Shown: positions 52,191 to 63,473 of the stretch, one piece after another
Layout of the letters: every line of letters starts with the position of its first letter
Position numbering within the stretch: position 1 is the stretch's first letter
NCBI RefSeq assembly: GCF_902713615.1
Contig: NC_052148.1
Span: 195,439,757 to 195,503,756, forward strand
DNA: 64,000 bases
Source of the DNA: Scyliorhinus canicula
Taxonomy: Eukaryota
Direction: 5' to 3'
Notes under the pieces: model-generated
What the model saw: only the letters and a program-made list of their open reading frames with translations
The model's database searches: none
Told to the model about the DNA's origin: nothing
Program-made: the position numbers and the translations under genes

Positions 52191-53204
52191 TTGTTGGCTG
52201 GGATGGTGCGTGTGGGGGGAAGGATTGTTTAAGTGCGGCTGCGGCATTAATCACGGACCCAGCGAATCCGGCGCTGTTTTGCATGAAACCAGTTGCGTTC
52301 CATGTGGTGATGGTGCGAGCCCATTTAGAGTTTCTGAATCGGTGCCCCTGGTGCGCCGTTTTTGCTGCCGGCATCAGCACTTAGTCTCAGAAACAGAGAA
52401 TCCAGCCCCAGTTTCCTGACCGCAGTATAAAATTTCGAAATTATGTTCTCAAGTCTTTAAAGGTGGGTTAATTGCATGTCATATTTCCACATGAAAAATA
52501 TCAGGAAGCCCTTTTTCATGCATTAGCAAGTCATGTATGATTACTAAACGGCCAGCTCGCCACGTTTAAATTCGTCCTCCAAATTAAGTTCTCTGCCAGT
52601 GAGAAATTAGAACATTGACATTGACAACTGCACATTAGTTTCAAGCACCTGACAAGGTAACTCCTTCTATTAGTAACAGTGAGTTACCCCTGCATCGTCC
52701 TCTTTGAGGAGGGACTAGAAATGCCAGCCTATGTTTGAGACCAGATGCAAGCAGTGAAAGCTGGGTAGAAGATGGACAAGGTAGGATTAGCGGAAAATGG
52801 TAGAGTGGAGGCGAGGAGAGTTTGATGTGGTTTAAATACTCCTGAGGTACTAGCGAGGACAGAAAAGCCTGCCTGTTCCCACTACCACAATTGGCGAGTT
52901 CCCCACGAATACATCTTTAATGACCTGAGCAGCGCTAGAACAATATCAGTCACGTATTTGTGTTTAGCGGAGATTCATGATAGCTGCGTACGTCCCATTC
53001 CCACCTGAATGAATCCCTATATAGTCCATTCGGCCTACAAATGCAGATTATGTCACAAACAACAGATTCAAATTCCAATATAAAACCCAGTAAAGCAGCA
53101 AATGTGGGAAAAGTCTTTATTCAATTTGTTCACACCATACAATGGCGTGACCTTGCAAACCGCCAGGGCTGTGTATTGAAAAATATCTGTGCTGTCTTAA
53201 GATC

Positions 53205-56200
53205 TGTGTGATACAATCCTGTTTGATACAGCCCTGTGTGGTACAGCCCTGGGTGATACAACCCTGTGTGGTACAGCCCTGTGTGATAAAGCCCTGTGTG
53301 ATACAGCCCTGTGTGATACAGCCCTGTGTGGTACAGCCCTGTGTGATACCGCCCTGTGTGGTACAGCCCTGTGTGATACAGCCCTGTGTGATACAGCCCT
53401 GGGTGATACAGCCCTGTGTGATATAATCCTGTGTGGTACAGCCCTGGGTGATACAGCCCATGTGATACAGCCCTGGGTGATACAGCCCTGGGTGATACAG
53501 CCCTGTGTGATGCAGCCCTGTATGATACAGCCCTGTGGGATACAGTCCTGTGTGATACAGCCCTGTGTGATACAAACCTGTGTGATACAGCCCTGTGGGA
53601 CACAGTCGTGCGGGATGCAACCCTGTGTGATACAGTCCTGTGGGGTACAGTCCTGTGTGATACAGCCCTGTGGGATACAGCCCTGTGGGATACAGCCCTG
53701 TATGATACAGCCCTGTGTGATACAGCCCTGTGTGATACAGCCCTGTGTGACACAGCCCTGTGGGACACAGTCGTGCGGGATACAGCCCTGTGTGATACAG
53801 CCCTGTGGGGTACAGTCCTGTGTGAGACAGCCCTGTGTGATACAGCCCTGTGTGATACAGACCTGTGTGATACAGCCCTGTGTGATACAGCCCTGTGGGG
53901 TACAGTCCTGTGTGAGACAGCCCTGGGTGATACAGCCCTGTGTGATACAGACCTGTGTGATACAGCCCTGTGTGATACAGCCCTGTGTGATACAGCCCTG
54001 TGTGATACAGCCCTGTGTGATACAGCCCTGTGGGGTACAGTCCTGTGTGAGACAGCCCTGTGTGATACAGCCCTGTGTGATACAGCCCTGTGTGATACAG
54101 CCCTGTGTCATACAGCCCTGTGTGATACAGCCCTGTGTGATACAGTCCTGTGGGGTACAGTCCTGTATGAGACAGCCCTGTGTGATACAGTCCTGCGTGA
54201 TACAGCCCTGTGGGACACAGTCGTGCGGGATACAACCCTGTGTGATACAGTCCTGTGGGGTACAGTCCTGTGTGAGACAGCCCTGTGTGATACAGTCCTG
54301 CGTGATACAGCCCTGTGGGACACAGTCGTGCGGGATACAGCCCTGTGTGATACAGCCCTGTGTGATAAAGCCCTGTGTATACAGCCTTGTGTGATACAGC
54401 CCTGTGTGACACAACCCTGTGTGAGACAGCCCTGCGTGATACAGCCATGTGGGACACAGTTCTGCAGGATACAGCCCTGTGTGATACAGCCCTGCGGGAT
54501 ACAGCCCTGTGTATACAGCCCTGTGTGATACAGCCCTGTGTGATACAGCCCTGTGGGACATAGTTCTGCGTCTTACAGTCCTGTGTGATACAGCCCTGTG
54601 TGATACAGCCCTGTGTGATACAGCCCTGTGTGATACAGCCCTGTATGATACAGCCCTGTGTGATACAGCCCTGTGTGATACAGCCCTGTGTGATACAGCC
54701 CTGTGTGATACAGCCCTGAGTGATACAGCCCTGTGTGATACAGCCCTGTATGATACAGCCCTGTGTGATACAGTCCTGTATGATACAGCCCTGTATGATA
54801 CAGCCCTGTGTGATACAGTCCTGTGGGACCAGTCCTGCAGGATACAGCCCTGCAGGATACAGCCCTGCAGGATACAGCCCTGCGTGATGCAGCCCTGCAG
54901 GTAACAGCCCTGCGTGATACAGCCCTGCAGGTTACAGCCCTGCGTGATACAGCCCTGCGTGATACAGTCCTCCGGGATTCAGCCCTGTGTGATACAGCCC
55001 TGTATGATACAGCCCTGTGTGATACAGCCCTGTATGATACAGCCCTGTGTGATACAGTCCTGTGGGACCAGTCCTGCAGGATACAGCCCTGCAGGATACA
55101 GCCCTGCAGGATACAGCCCTGCGTGATGCAGCCCTGCAGGTAACAGCCCTGCGTGATACAGCCCTGCAGGTTACAGCCCTGCGTGATACAGCCCTGCGTG
55201 ATACAGTCCTCCGGGATTCAGCCCTGTGTGATACAGCCCAGTGTGATACAGCCCTGCAGGTTACAGTCCTGTGTGATACAGCCTTGTGTGATACAGCCCT
55301 CCGGGATTCAGCCCTGTGTGATACAGCCCCATGTGATACAGCCCTGCAGGTTACAGTCCTGTGTGATACAGCCCTGTGTGATACAGTCCTGTGTGATACA
55401 GTCCTGTGTGATACAGCCCTGGGTGATACAGCCCTGTGTGATACAGTCCTGTGTGATACAGCCCTGGGTGATACAGTCCTGTGTGATACAGCCCTTGTGA
55501 TACAGCCCTGTGTGATACAGCCCTGTGTGATACAGCCCTGTGTGATACAGCCCTGTGTGATACAGCCCTGTGTGATACAGTCCTCTGTGATACAGCCCTG
55601 TGTGATACAGCCCTGTGTGATACAGTCCTCTGTGATACAGCCCTGTGTGATACAGCCCTGTGTGATACAGCCCTGTGTGACACAGCCCTGTGTGATACAG
55701 TCCTCTGTGATACAGCCCTGTGGGACACAGTTCTGCATGATACAGCCCTGTGTGATACAGCCCTGTGGGACACAGTTCTGCATGATACAGCCCCGTGTGA
55801 TACAGCCCTGTGGGACACAGTTCTGCATGATACAGCCCTGTGTGATACAGCCCTGTGGGACACAGTTCTGCATGATACAGCCCTGTGTGATACAGCCCTG
55901 TGGGACACAGTTCTGCATGATACAGCCCCGTGTGATACAGCCCTGTGTGATACAGCCCCGTGTGATACAGCCCTGTGTGATACAGCCCTGTGTGATACAG
56001 CCCTGTGTGATACAGCCCTGTGTGATACAGCCCTGTGTGATACAGCCCCGTGTGATACAGCCCTGTGTGATACAGCCCTGTGTGATACAGCCCTGTGTGA
56101 TACAGCCCTGTGTGATACAGTCCTGTGTGATACAGCCCTGTGTGATACAGCCCTGTGTGATACAGCCCTGTGGGGTACAGTCCTGTGTGATACAGCCCTG

Positions 56201-57925
56201 TGTGATACAGTCCTCTGTGATACAGCCCTGTGTGATACAGCCCTGTGTGATACAGCCCTGTGTGATACAGCCCTGTGGGGTACAGTCCTGTGTGATACAG
56301 CCCTGTGTGATACAGTCCTCTGTGATACAGCCCTGTGTGATACAGCCCTGTGTGATACAGCCCTGTGTGATACAGCCCTGTGTGATACAGCCCTGTGTGA
56401 TACAGCCCTGTGTGATACAGCCCTGTGTGATACAGCCCTGTGTGATACAGTCCTGTGTGATACAGCCCTGTGTGATACAGCCCTGTGTGATACAGCCCTG
56501 TGGGATAGAGCCCTGTGCCATACAGCCCTGTGTGATACAGCCCTGTGTGATACAGCCCTGTGTGATACAGTCCTGTGTGATACAGCCCTGTGTGATACAG
56601 CCCTGTGGGACACAGTTCTGCGGGATACAGCCCTGTGTGATACAGTTCTGCGGGATACAGCCCTGTGGGACATAGTTCTGTGTGATACAGCCCTGTGGGA
56701 CATAGTTCTGCGTGATACAGTCCTGTGTGGTACAGCCCTGGGTGATACAGCCCCGTGTGAAATAGCCTCATGGTACAGCCCTGTGTGATACAGCCCTGTG
56801 TGATACAGCCCTGCGGGACACAGCCCTGTGTGATACAGCCCTGTGTGATACAGCCCTGTGTGATACAGCCCTGTGTGATACAGCCCTGTGTGATACAGCC
56901 CTGTGTGATACAGCCCTGTGGGATACTGTCCTGTGGGACCAGTCCTGCAGTATACAGCCCTGTGTGATACAGCCCTGCGTGATACAGCCCTGCATGATAC
57001 AGCCCTGTGTGATACAACCCTGTTTGATACAGCCCTGCAGGATACAGCCCTGCGTGATACAGCCCTGCAGGTAACAGCCCTGCGTGATACAGCCCTGTGT
57101 GATACAACCCTGTTTGATACAGCCCTGCAGGATACAGCCCTGCGTGATACAGCCCTGCAGGTAACAGCCCTGCGTGATACAGTCCTCCGGGATTCAGCCC
57201 TGTGTGATACAGCCCTGCAGGTTACAGCCCTGCGTGATACAGTCCTCCGGGATTCAGCCCTGTGTAATACAGCCCTGTGTGATACAGCCCCATGTGATAC
57301 AGCCCAGTGTGATACAGCCCTGCAGGTTACAGCCCTGTGTGATACAGCCCTGTATGATACAGCCCTCCGGGATACAGCCCTGTGTGATACGGCCCTGGGT
57401 GATACAGCCCAGTGTGATACAGCCCTGCAGGTTACAGCCCTGTGTGATACAGCCCTGTATGATACAGCCCTCCGGGATACAGCCCTGTGTGATATGGCCC
57501 TGGGTGATACAGCCCTGTGCGATACAGTCCTGTGTGAGACAGCCCTGTGTGATACAGCCCTGTGTGATACAGCCCTGTGGGACACAGTCGTGCGGGATAC
57601 AGCCCTGTGTGATACAGTCCTGTGTGATACAGCCCTGTGTGATACAGCCCTCTGGGGCACAGTTCTGCGTGATACAGCCCTGTGTGATACAGCCCTTTAT
57701 GATACAGCCCTTTATGATACAGCCCTGTGGGATACAGCCCTGTGTGATACAGCCCTGTGTGATACAGCCCTGTGTGACACAGCCCTTTATGATACAGCCC
57801 TGTGGGACACAGTTCTGCAGGATACAGCCCTGTGTGATACAGCCCTGTGTGATATAGCCCTTCGTGATACAGCCCTGTGTGATACAGCCCTGTGTGATCC
57901 AGCCCTGCATGATATAGCCCTGCAT
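53205..57925. repeat. 4.7-kb minisatellite, 15-bp unit TGTGATACAGCCCTG with variant units and local higher-order duplications
   Basis: About 300 tandem copies; occasional 14-bp units shift the register. Confidence 0.98.
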
Positions 57926-58398
57926 TTTACAGTCCAACATGTTATCAATGCAGTCAGATATGTTCTCAGTGTTTTCTTGCTGCAGCTCACATACCGGGGG
58001 CATCACCACAGTCCTAGTAGTATTGGCCAGGAAACAGATCGGTGAGTGGATGGGCTCCTCGGGCTCCTCGCCTGTTCTTACTACATCGCCAGCGCCTTCA
58101 TCTGTCAGTTTCGTCTTGCAGAATACAACATTGCCCATCTCCTTGTACCTTTCCATGGATGTTTGTGCTGCAATTTCCATGTCAGCCTCCTGCAGATAAG
58201 CAAATGGTGCCTCGTCATCAGGTTGGTTATCCTCACCCTGTTCCTGCTCATTCCCACGGCAAACAAAATTGATGGTGGAATCTTCCACTCCTTCACGGTG
58301 TCTGTTTTCTGCTTCATTCCACGGTTTGCCACTTGCTGCACCATCTTCACCTTCTCTCTAATGAACAACACTTTTAACTTTCTCACAGGTTTAGCCAT
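57926..58398 (-). pseudogene. Tigger/pogo (TIGD/CENP-B-like) transposase remnant: N-terminal psq-type HTH plus acidic C-terminus, DDE core missing
   Basis: MAKPVRKLKVLFIREKVKMVQQV...KQKTDTVKEWKIPPSILFAV resembles the CENP-B N-terminal HTH pattern; a second frame gives LQEADMEI...SMERY...CKTKLTDEG...EEPEEP, like Tigger C-termini; degenerate TIR-like sequence at about 58620-58677. Confidence 0.65.
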
Positions 58399-58739
58399 GA
58401 TCACAGGTATTGCATGACCTTCCACAGGGACATGTCGATGTCAAATGATGGCTTACCCAACACTGCATGAGTTAGCGCTCGTGGGTGCTCTAACTAGTTG
58501 ACACGGTCATATGAGAAGCTTAGACAAGTTTGTCTAATGGGGAAGTAGCAGTGTGGCATATTGTGTCATTACAGGCATTGCTCGATGAGATGTATTCTCC
58601 CTGCGGGATTGATTGGCCGCTCTGGTATAACTGGAACTTTCTGTCATCTGAGTTTGAATCATCACAATTTTGCTGTCTATTAAAGCTCATTTGCCAATTG
58701 CATGCAATTGTCCTACAACTTTCACAACTCGCATCCAAA

Positions 58740-59145
58740 AGTAATTAATCACCGTTAATTAAGCATTTTTGAGGTGTCATAATGTGATTAGGGTTAGGGT
58801 TATTGAAATGGAGCAGTCAAAGTGTGTACAGCAAAGTCCCACAAATGGTGATGTGATAATTGGCAGGACAGCCTGTTTTACTGGAGATGGTTGAGGGACA
58901 AAGATTGGACAGGACACCAAGAGAACTCCCTTGCTCTTTTTTAAATTGCGTCATAGGGTGTTTTACACGTGTACTTGAAGGAGCAACTTTCATTTACTCT
59001 CCAACTTGGTCCAACTTTCATCTGAACGCTGGCTCATCTGTCAATGCAGCACTCCCTCAGTACTCCCACAGTACACAAGAGGTGTCAACCTAGATTGCAG
59101 GCTCATCTGTTGAAAGTGAAATCTGAACCCTTTTGGCTCAGTTGT
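58740..59145 (-). mobile_element. Old Deu-domain SINE (SacSINE1/AmnSINE1-like)
   Basis: Reverse complement contains GTACTGAGGGAGTGCTGCATTGACAGA...TTCAGATGA...GAGCAAGGGAGTTCTC..GGTGTCCTG...TCCCTCAACCA...ATTATCACATCACCATTTGTGGGACTTTGCTGT, matching my recollection of the Deu core. Confidence 0.75.
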
Positions 59146-59511
59146 TGGCAGAATACAAGGCCCAAACTCCCATTGACAAGTTTTGAAACAAAACACTCTT
59201 AGATCCAATTCCATGGTGCAGACAAGCACAAAGACATTCTCTCCTCTCATCCATCACCTTGAAGTAGTACCAGAATAGGGTCAATAGCAGCACTGAGATG
59301 GGCATGATAATAAAAGAAAACACCCGTTGTAAACATCCATGTATGCAGTAAAACCAATTGATGATATAAAGTTATTTAAGTTAAAAGCTAAAAGCACTTT
59401 ATGCTTGTGCGTTTGAGAGGGCGTTGGCTGTTTTGCTTGCGATGTGGAGCACAATTTGCAATTTTATTGAAACATTGCCTTCTTAAGCAGGTCATTTCAT
59501 ATACAACAGCA

Positions 59512-59848
59512 AGAACAAAGAACAAAGAAAAATTAGAGCACAGGAACAGGCCCTTCGGCCCTCCAAGCCTGCACCGATCCAGATCCTCTATCTAAAACTG
59601 TTGCCTATTTTCTAAGGATCTGTATCCCTCTGCTTCCTGCCCATTCATGTATCTGTCATCTTAAATGATGCTATCGTACCCGCCTCTACCACCTATGCCG
59701 GCAATGCGTTCCAGGCACCCACCACCCTCTGCGTAAAGAACTTTCCACGCACATCTCCCTTAAACTTCTCCCCTCTCACCTTGAACTCGTGACCCCTAGT
59801 AAGTGAGTCCCCCACTCTGGGAAATAGCTTCTTGCTATCCACCCTGTC
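59512..59848 (-). mobile_element. CR1 3'-end fragment
   Basis: Reverse complement RGHEFKVRGEKFKGDVRGKFFTQRVVGAWNALP, with 3' UTR and (TTCTTTG)n tail. Confidence 0.85.
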
Positions 59849-60544
59849 TTGCTTGGCCATACACCCTATTTTAAGAGCCTATTTTAAATTGAGGTGTTAG
59901 TCTGGCAGATGGGGGCTGGGTTTGGTGGCGAACCGCCTGCATCCCAGCAGCATTAGGCCCTGGAGATTTTCTTTGGCATGAAAGATGATGAGGCCTGCAG
60001 GCAGGAGTGAGAAATCAGGAAACAAGAGACTGCAGTCTCTGACCCCGGAGGTAAGGTCAATCAGAAATTATGGGGCCGGAAGGCAATTGGAGCTGAGAGA
60101 GGAAGAGGAAAGCAGGGAGGAGAACTCGTATCCTTCCTGGCACACAAGGAAACTTCAAACAACTAAAACTTACCTGGATCGCCTCTGGTCATAATCTCCC
60201 CTGCTGCCACATTTCCAATGACTCCAGCAATGGATGTCATTGGACCCTAACATTTAAATATAAACAATATAAATGGCTGCCTGTCTTAAGCAGGGGCTCA
60301 GATCCGACTGGAAACTATTCACATAAAGTCAGCTCTCCAGTGTCGAGCGGATGTTGCCCACTTCAGGCAATTAAATGAGAAAACGGTACAAAATAACCAC
60401 AAACTTCAAAGCCTTCCTTAACTTCCACCAACAGGAAAGTCAAGCCCATGGGTGAAAAAACAAGGTGATGCTTCCAGGAATATATGGGGTAATTTCTGGA
60501 ACTTGGGGAAAATATGTAGAAGGAGACAAAAAGACAGAATGATC

Positions 60545-60770
60545 CGGCCTCCAGTTCCCTTCCAGACAGCAGTTAACACTAAATCTGTGGGATGTAGCTG
60601 TTCGTTCACCACCACTGGGTCAGAAACTCCCTTCCGAATTGCAATGTGGGTAGACTTACACAGCCATGCACTGCAGTGGTTCAAGAAGCTGGTCCATCGG
60701 CATCTTCTCGAGGGACAAGAAACAAGTGCGAGCCTAGCCAGCGATTGTCATATTTCATGAATGAATAAGA
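60545..60770 (+). mobile_element. Decayed 3' end of a CR1/L2-group LINE
   Basis: CTGCAGTGGTTCAAGAAG...CTTCTCGAGGG...GCCTAGCCAGCGA...CATGAATGAATAA. Confidence 0.5.
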
Positions 60771-60934
60771 AGAATACCCCTTGCCCAACGGAACAGATGA
60801 AAGCTGCACACCAGATAATCATTCAGTGGAGACCCGATGAAGCAGCATTAAATTTCACCCACTGTTTCTTTAGAATACAGCATGGAGATTTGGATGCAGA
60901 GGAAATGATTGAAGTGGAGAAAAGAGTTTACGTA

Positions 60935-61606
60935 ATACTAATAATAATCTTTATTGTCACAAGTAGGCTTACATTAACACTGCCAGGAAGGAAGGAGTGC
61001 CGCCACGGCACAGGCCCGCCCACAGATCGCGGGCCAGGCCACAGTGGGCCCCCCCCCCCCTCCCCGGGGCCGGGTCCCCCCGTGCCCCCCGAGGACCGCT
61101 CCAGCCGATTTACCTGCCAGGTCCCGCTGTGTGGGACCATGTCTAACCCACGCCGGACGGAGTGGCCAAAAACGTGAAGTGTTGGCTAGTGTAGACCTGA
61201 TTATGACAAAACGGACGACCGCTCCACCCATCGGGGCCCGGAGAATTTCCGGGGGTGCTGCTGCCAATGGCTCCCGACAGGCATGGCGTGAACCCCGTCC
61301 CCGCCCGAAAACTGGGGCCAGAGAATACGGCAGCCAGCGCCGGGGCAGCAGGGCGGGATTCGCGCGGCCCCCACCCCCGGGGATTCTCCGACCCAGTGGG
61401 GGGGTCGGAGTATCCCGCTGCAGAACATCCAAATTACCTCACAGCACTTCTTTCGGGATTTGTGGGAGGAAACCGGGATACCCGGAGGAAACCCACGCAG
61501 ACACAGGGAGAACATGCCGACTCCGCACAGAGACCTAAGGGAATCGCACCCAGGTCCCTGGCGCTGTGATGCAACAGTGCTAACCGGTGTGCTACCCTGC
61601 CGCCCA
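60935..61606 (-). mobile_element. V-SINE (ATT-tail subfamily) interrupted by a partial Harbinger MITE at about 60985-61420
   Basis: Tail at 60935-60985; head and V-domain at 61420-61606; GC-rich MITE ending GGAGTATCCCGC between them. Confidence 0.8.
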
Positions 61607-61989
61607 TATAGCACAGCATCTAGAAGTTACTATCAAATGGTATCATGAAAACAACCGGTACCTATGCCAATAAAGTTGTTGAATGCCTGCCCCACAGTAG
61701 ATTTAATGCATTTCAGCGAAATCAGTGCCTTTCCCCACAATTGTTTTAGCTGGATCAAGAATTATCGGCTGGCATTCTCCAGTTGTCGGGATTCAGTTTT
61801 CCCGCTGGTGGGGGTTTCATGGCGGTGCGGAGTGGTTTCAATGGACAATGGGAGAGTAACTGCAATCTTTTCCTTTGCAAACATCTAATGATGAACAGAG
61901 AGCTGGTATGGACTGCATCTTTCGTCCATTGGGCATGCACACTCAACAGGCCTGAGGGGCGGGCACAAAACGCACTTCCAGTCGCAGTT

Positions 61990-62598
61990 GGCATCAGGAT
62001 GCAATTTCACGCCGGCTGCCAGCCAATTGACCAGCCAGTGTGAACCACGTGCTGGGCGAGGCTCAGCGCTGTCGGGGGGTGTGGGCAGAGGGCACGCACT
62101 GAGTCAAGGGAAGGTCTGGCTGGCTCGTCTAATGGGCTCCCTCAGGAGGACAGCAGCTGTGGGGCTGTCTCAAGCAGCTGCAGACCTATGAAAAATATAT
62201 TGCGATGGAAAAACTATGCAGAGTGTCTGGGCAACACATTCAAACAAAGACCTCAGTCCTTAGAGACCTTTGAAAATTTTATATCAGCCTGGACAGCTCA
62301 TCCCACCCTGAATCAAGCTCGAAGCTAACATGTAAAGGCCGCATGGCCAATCGGCTCGCGTGCCAATCGTAAAAGCAGATGGGCCACATAAACTTGTGTT
62401 TAATTGGCCACTTAATGGGCTCAAGTGCCTGCTTGAGTGTTAGCAGGCGCACTTCAAGCTCTCACATGCACGCACGGCGACTGAAATATCGCCCACATGT
62501 GCGATGACTTCGGAACGCATTCCGACATCTTTTTGCGCGATTTCACACGCCTCTGAGTAGGGGCATTCGCCTGCCCAAGCAAGGTAAAAATACGGCCT
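61990..62598. mobile_element. Degenerate non-autonomous DNA transposon-like element
   Basis: TIR-like ends (AATTTCACGCC ... GGTAAAAATACGGCC) and internal palindromic segments. Confidence 0.4.
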
Positions 62599-63141
62599 AT
62601 GTTACACAACATTTCCCTTTATAACTTAGGCCCAATAATAACTGTCAGCTGTGTGAGAAAACAACTTCATAACATGTCATGTTTTTTCCAAGATGTTGCA
62701 TCACAACTGTGCACTTCTTTAATCTCCGGCTTCCTGTTTTGTTTTCTGGAAACTGTTCCACCCTAAACACGGAGTTTTACTGGTAGCAGTCAGAATGCCA
62801 GTTCAATGTACCACTCTCACTGTACTCCCGTGACCCACAAGCTCCGTGAGACAATTTAAAAGCAACGCAGTGGAAAATAAACCAATGTTATTTCTGTGCC
62901 ATTTGATTCCATCAGTAGTAGTCACTGCTCAGGAACGTACGTTGCAAGAACCACCGCAGTGCAGTCTGAAAACAACAACTTTGAGTGGCAATTTACCAAC
63001 ACGGTAGAAAGATCAGCTGGAGTGTGCTACCTTATTCAGTGCTCAAAATTAATGTTGCGCTGAAATATTAGGTTTAGAAGGTTTTTCAGGCTTAATATAA
63101 GAAATTGAAACATTATATAAATGGATAAAATGATGAGAATT

Positions 63142-63473
63142 GGGTGGCACACTGGTTAGCACTGCTGCCTCACAGCGCCAGGGTCCCTGGTTCAATTTGG
63201 ACCTTGGGCGACTGCCTGTGTGAAGTTCGCACTTTCTCCCCGTGTCTGCGTTGGTTTCCTCTGGGTGCTCCGGTTTCCTCCCACAGTCCAAAGACATGCA
63301 GATTGGGTGGATTGGCCATGCTAAATTGACCCTTAGTGTCCAAAAGGATAGGTGGAGTTACAGGGAAAGGGTGGAGGATTGAGCTTAGTTAGGGTGGTCT
63401 TTCGCAGGGTCAGTGCAGACTTAATGGGCTGAATGGCCTCCTTCTGCCCTGTAGGGAGTCTGTGATTCTATGA
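63142..63473 (+). mobile_element. Full-length V-SINE, diverged
   Basis: A/B boxes, V-domain, tail ending GATTCTATGA. Confidence 0.85.

Larger units (their letters stand above)
48290..52409. mobile_element. Near-complete decayed PIF/Harbinger transposon with convergent transposase and Myb-like genes
   Basis: Plus-strand transposase, minus-strand ORF2, right TIR GAGAATCCAGCCC near 52408; left end less clear. Confidence 0.88.

Noticed and set aside
4647-57925. Either tandem array as a CRISPR-like repeat-spacer array
   Set aside because: Units are head-to-tail with no unique spacers, no cas genes, and the context is vertebrate
53117-58045. Many long pentapeptide-repeat ORFs (VIQPC, DTALC, GLYHT, RAVSH)
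   Set aside because: By-product of a 15-bp unit that is open in five of six frames; 14-bp units break the register; not C2H2 zinc fingers or a known repeat protein
59138-59323. Small ORF with a transmembrane-like segment (FIIMPISVLLLTLFWYYF)
   Set aside because: Non-ATG start in the track, weak splice signals, no recognisable homology
60870-60935. Possible small exon (ttag|...IQHGDLDAEEMIEVEKRVY)
   Set aside because: The apparent donor is formed at the junction with a SINE tail; no recognisable protein and no partner exons
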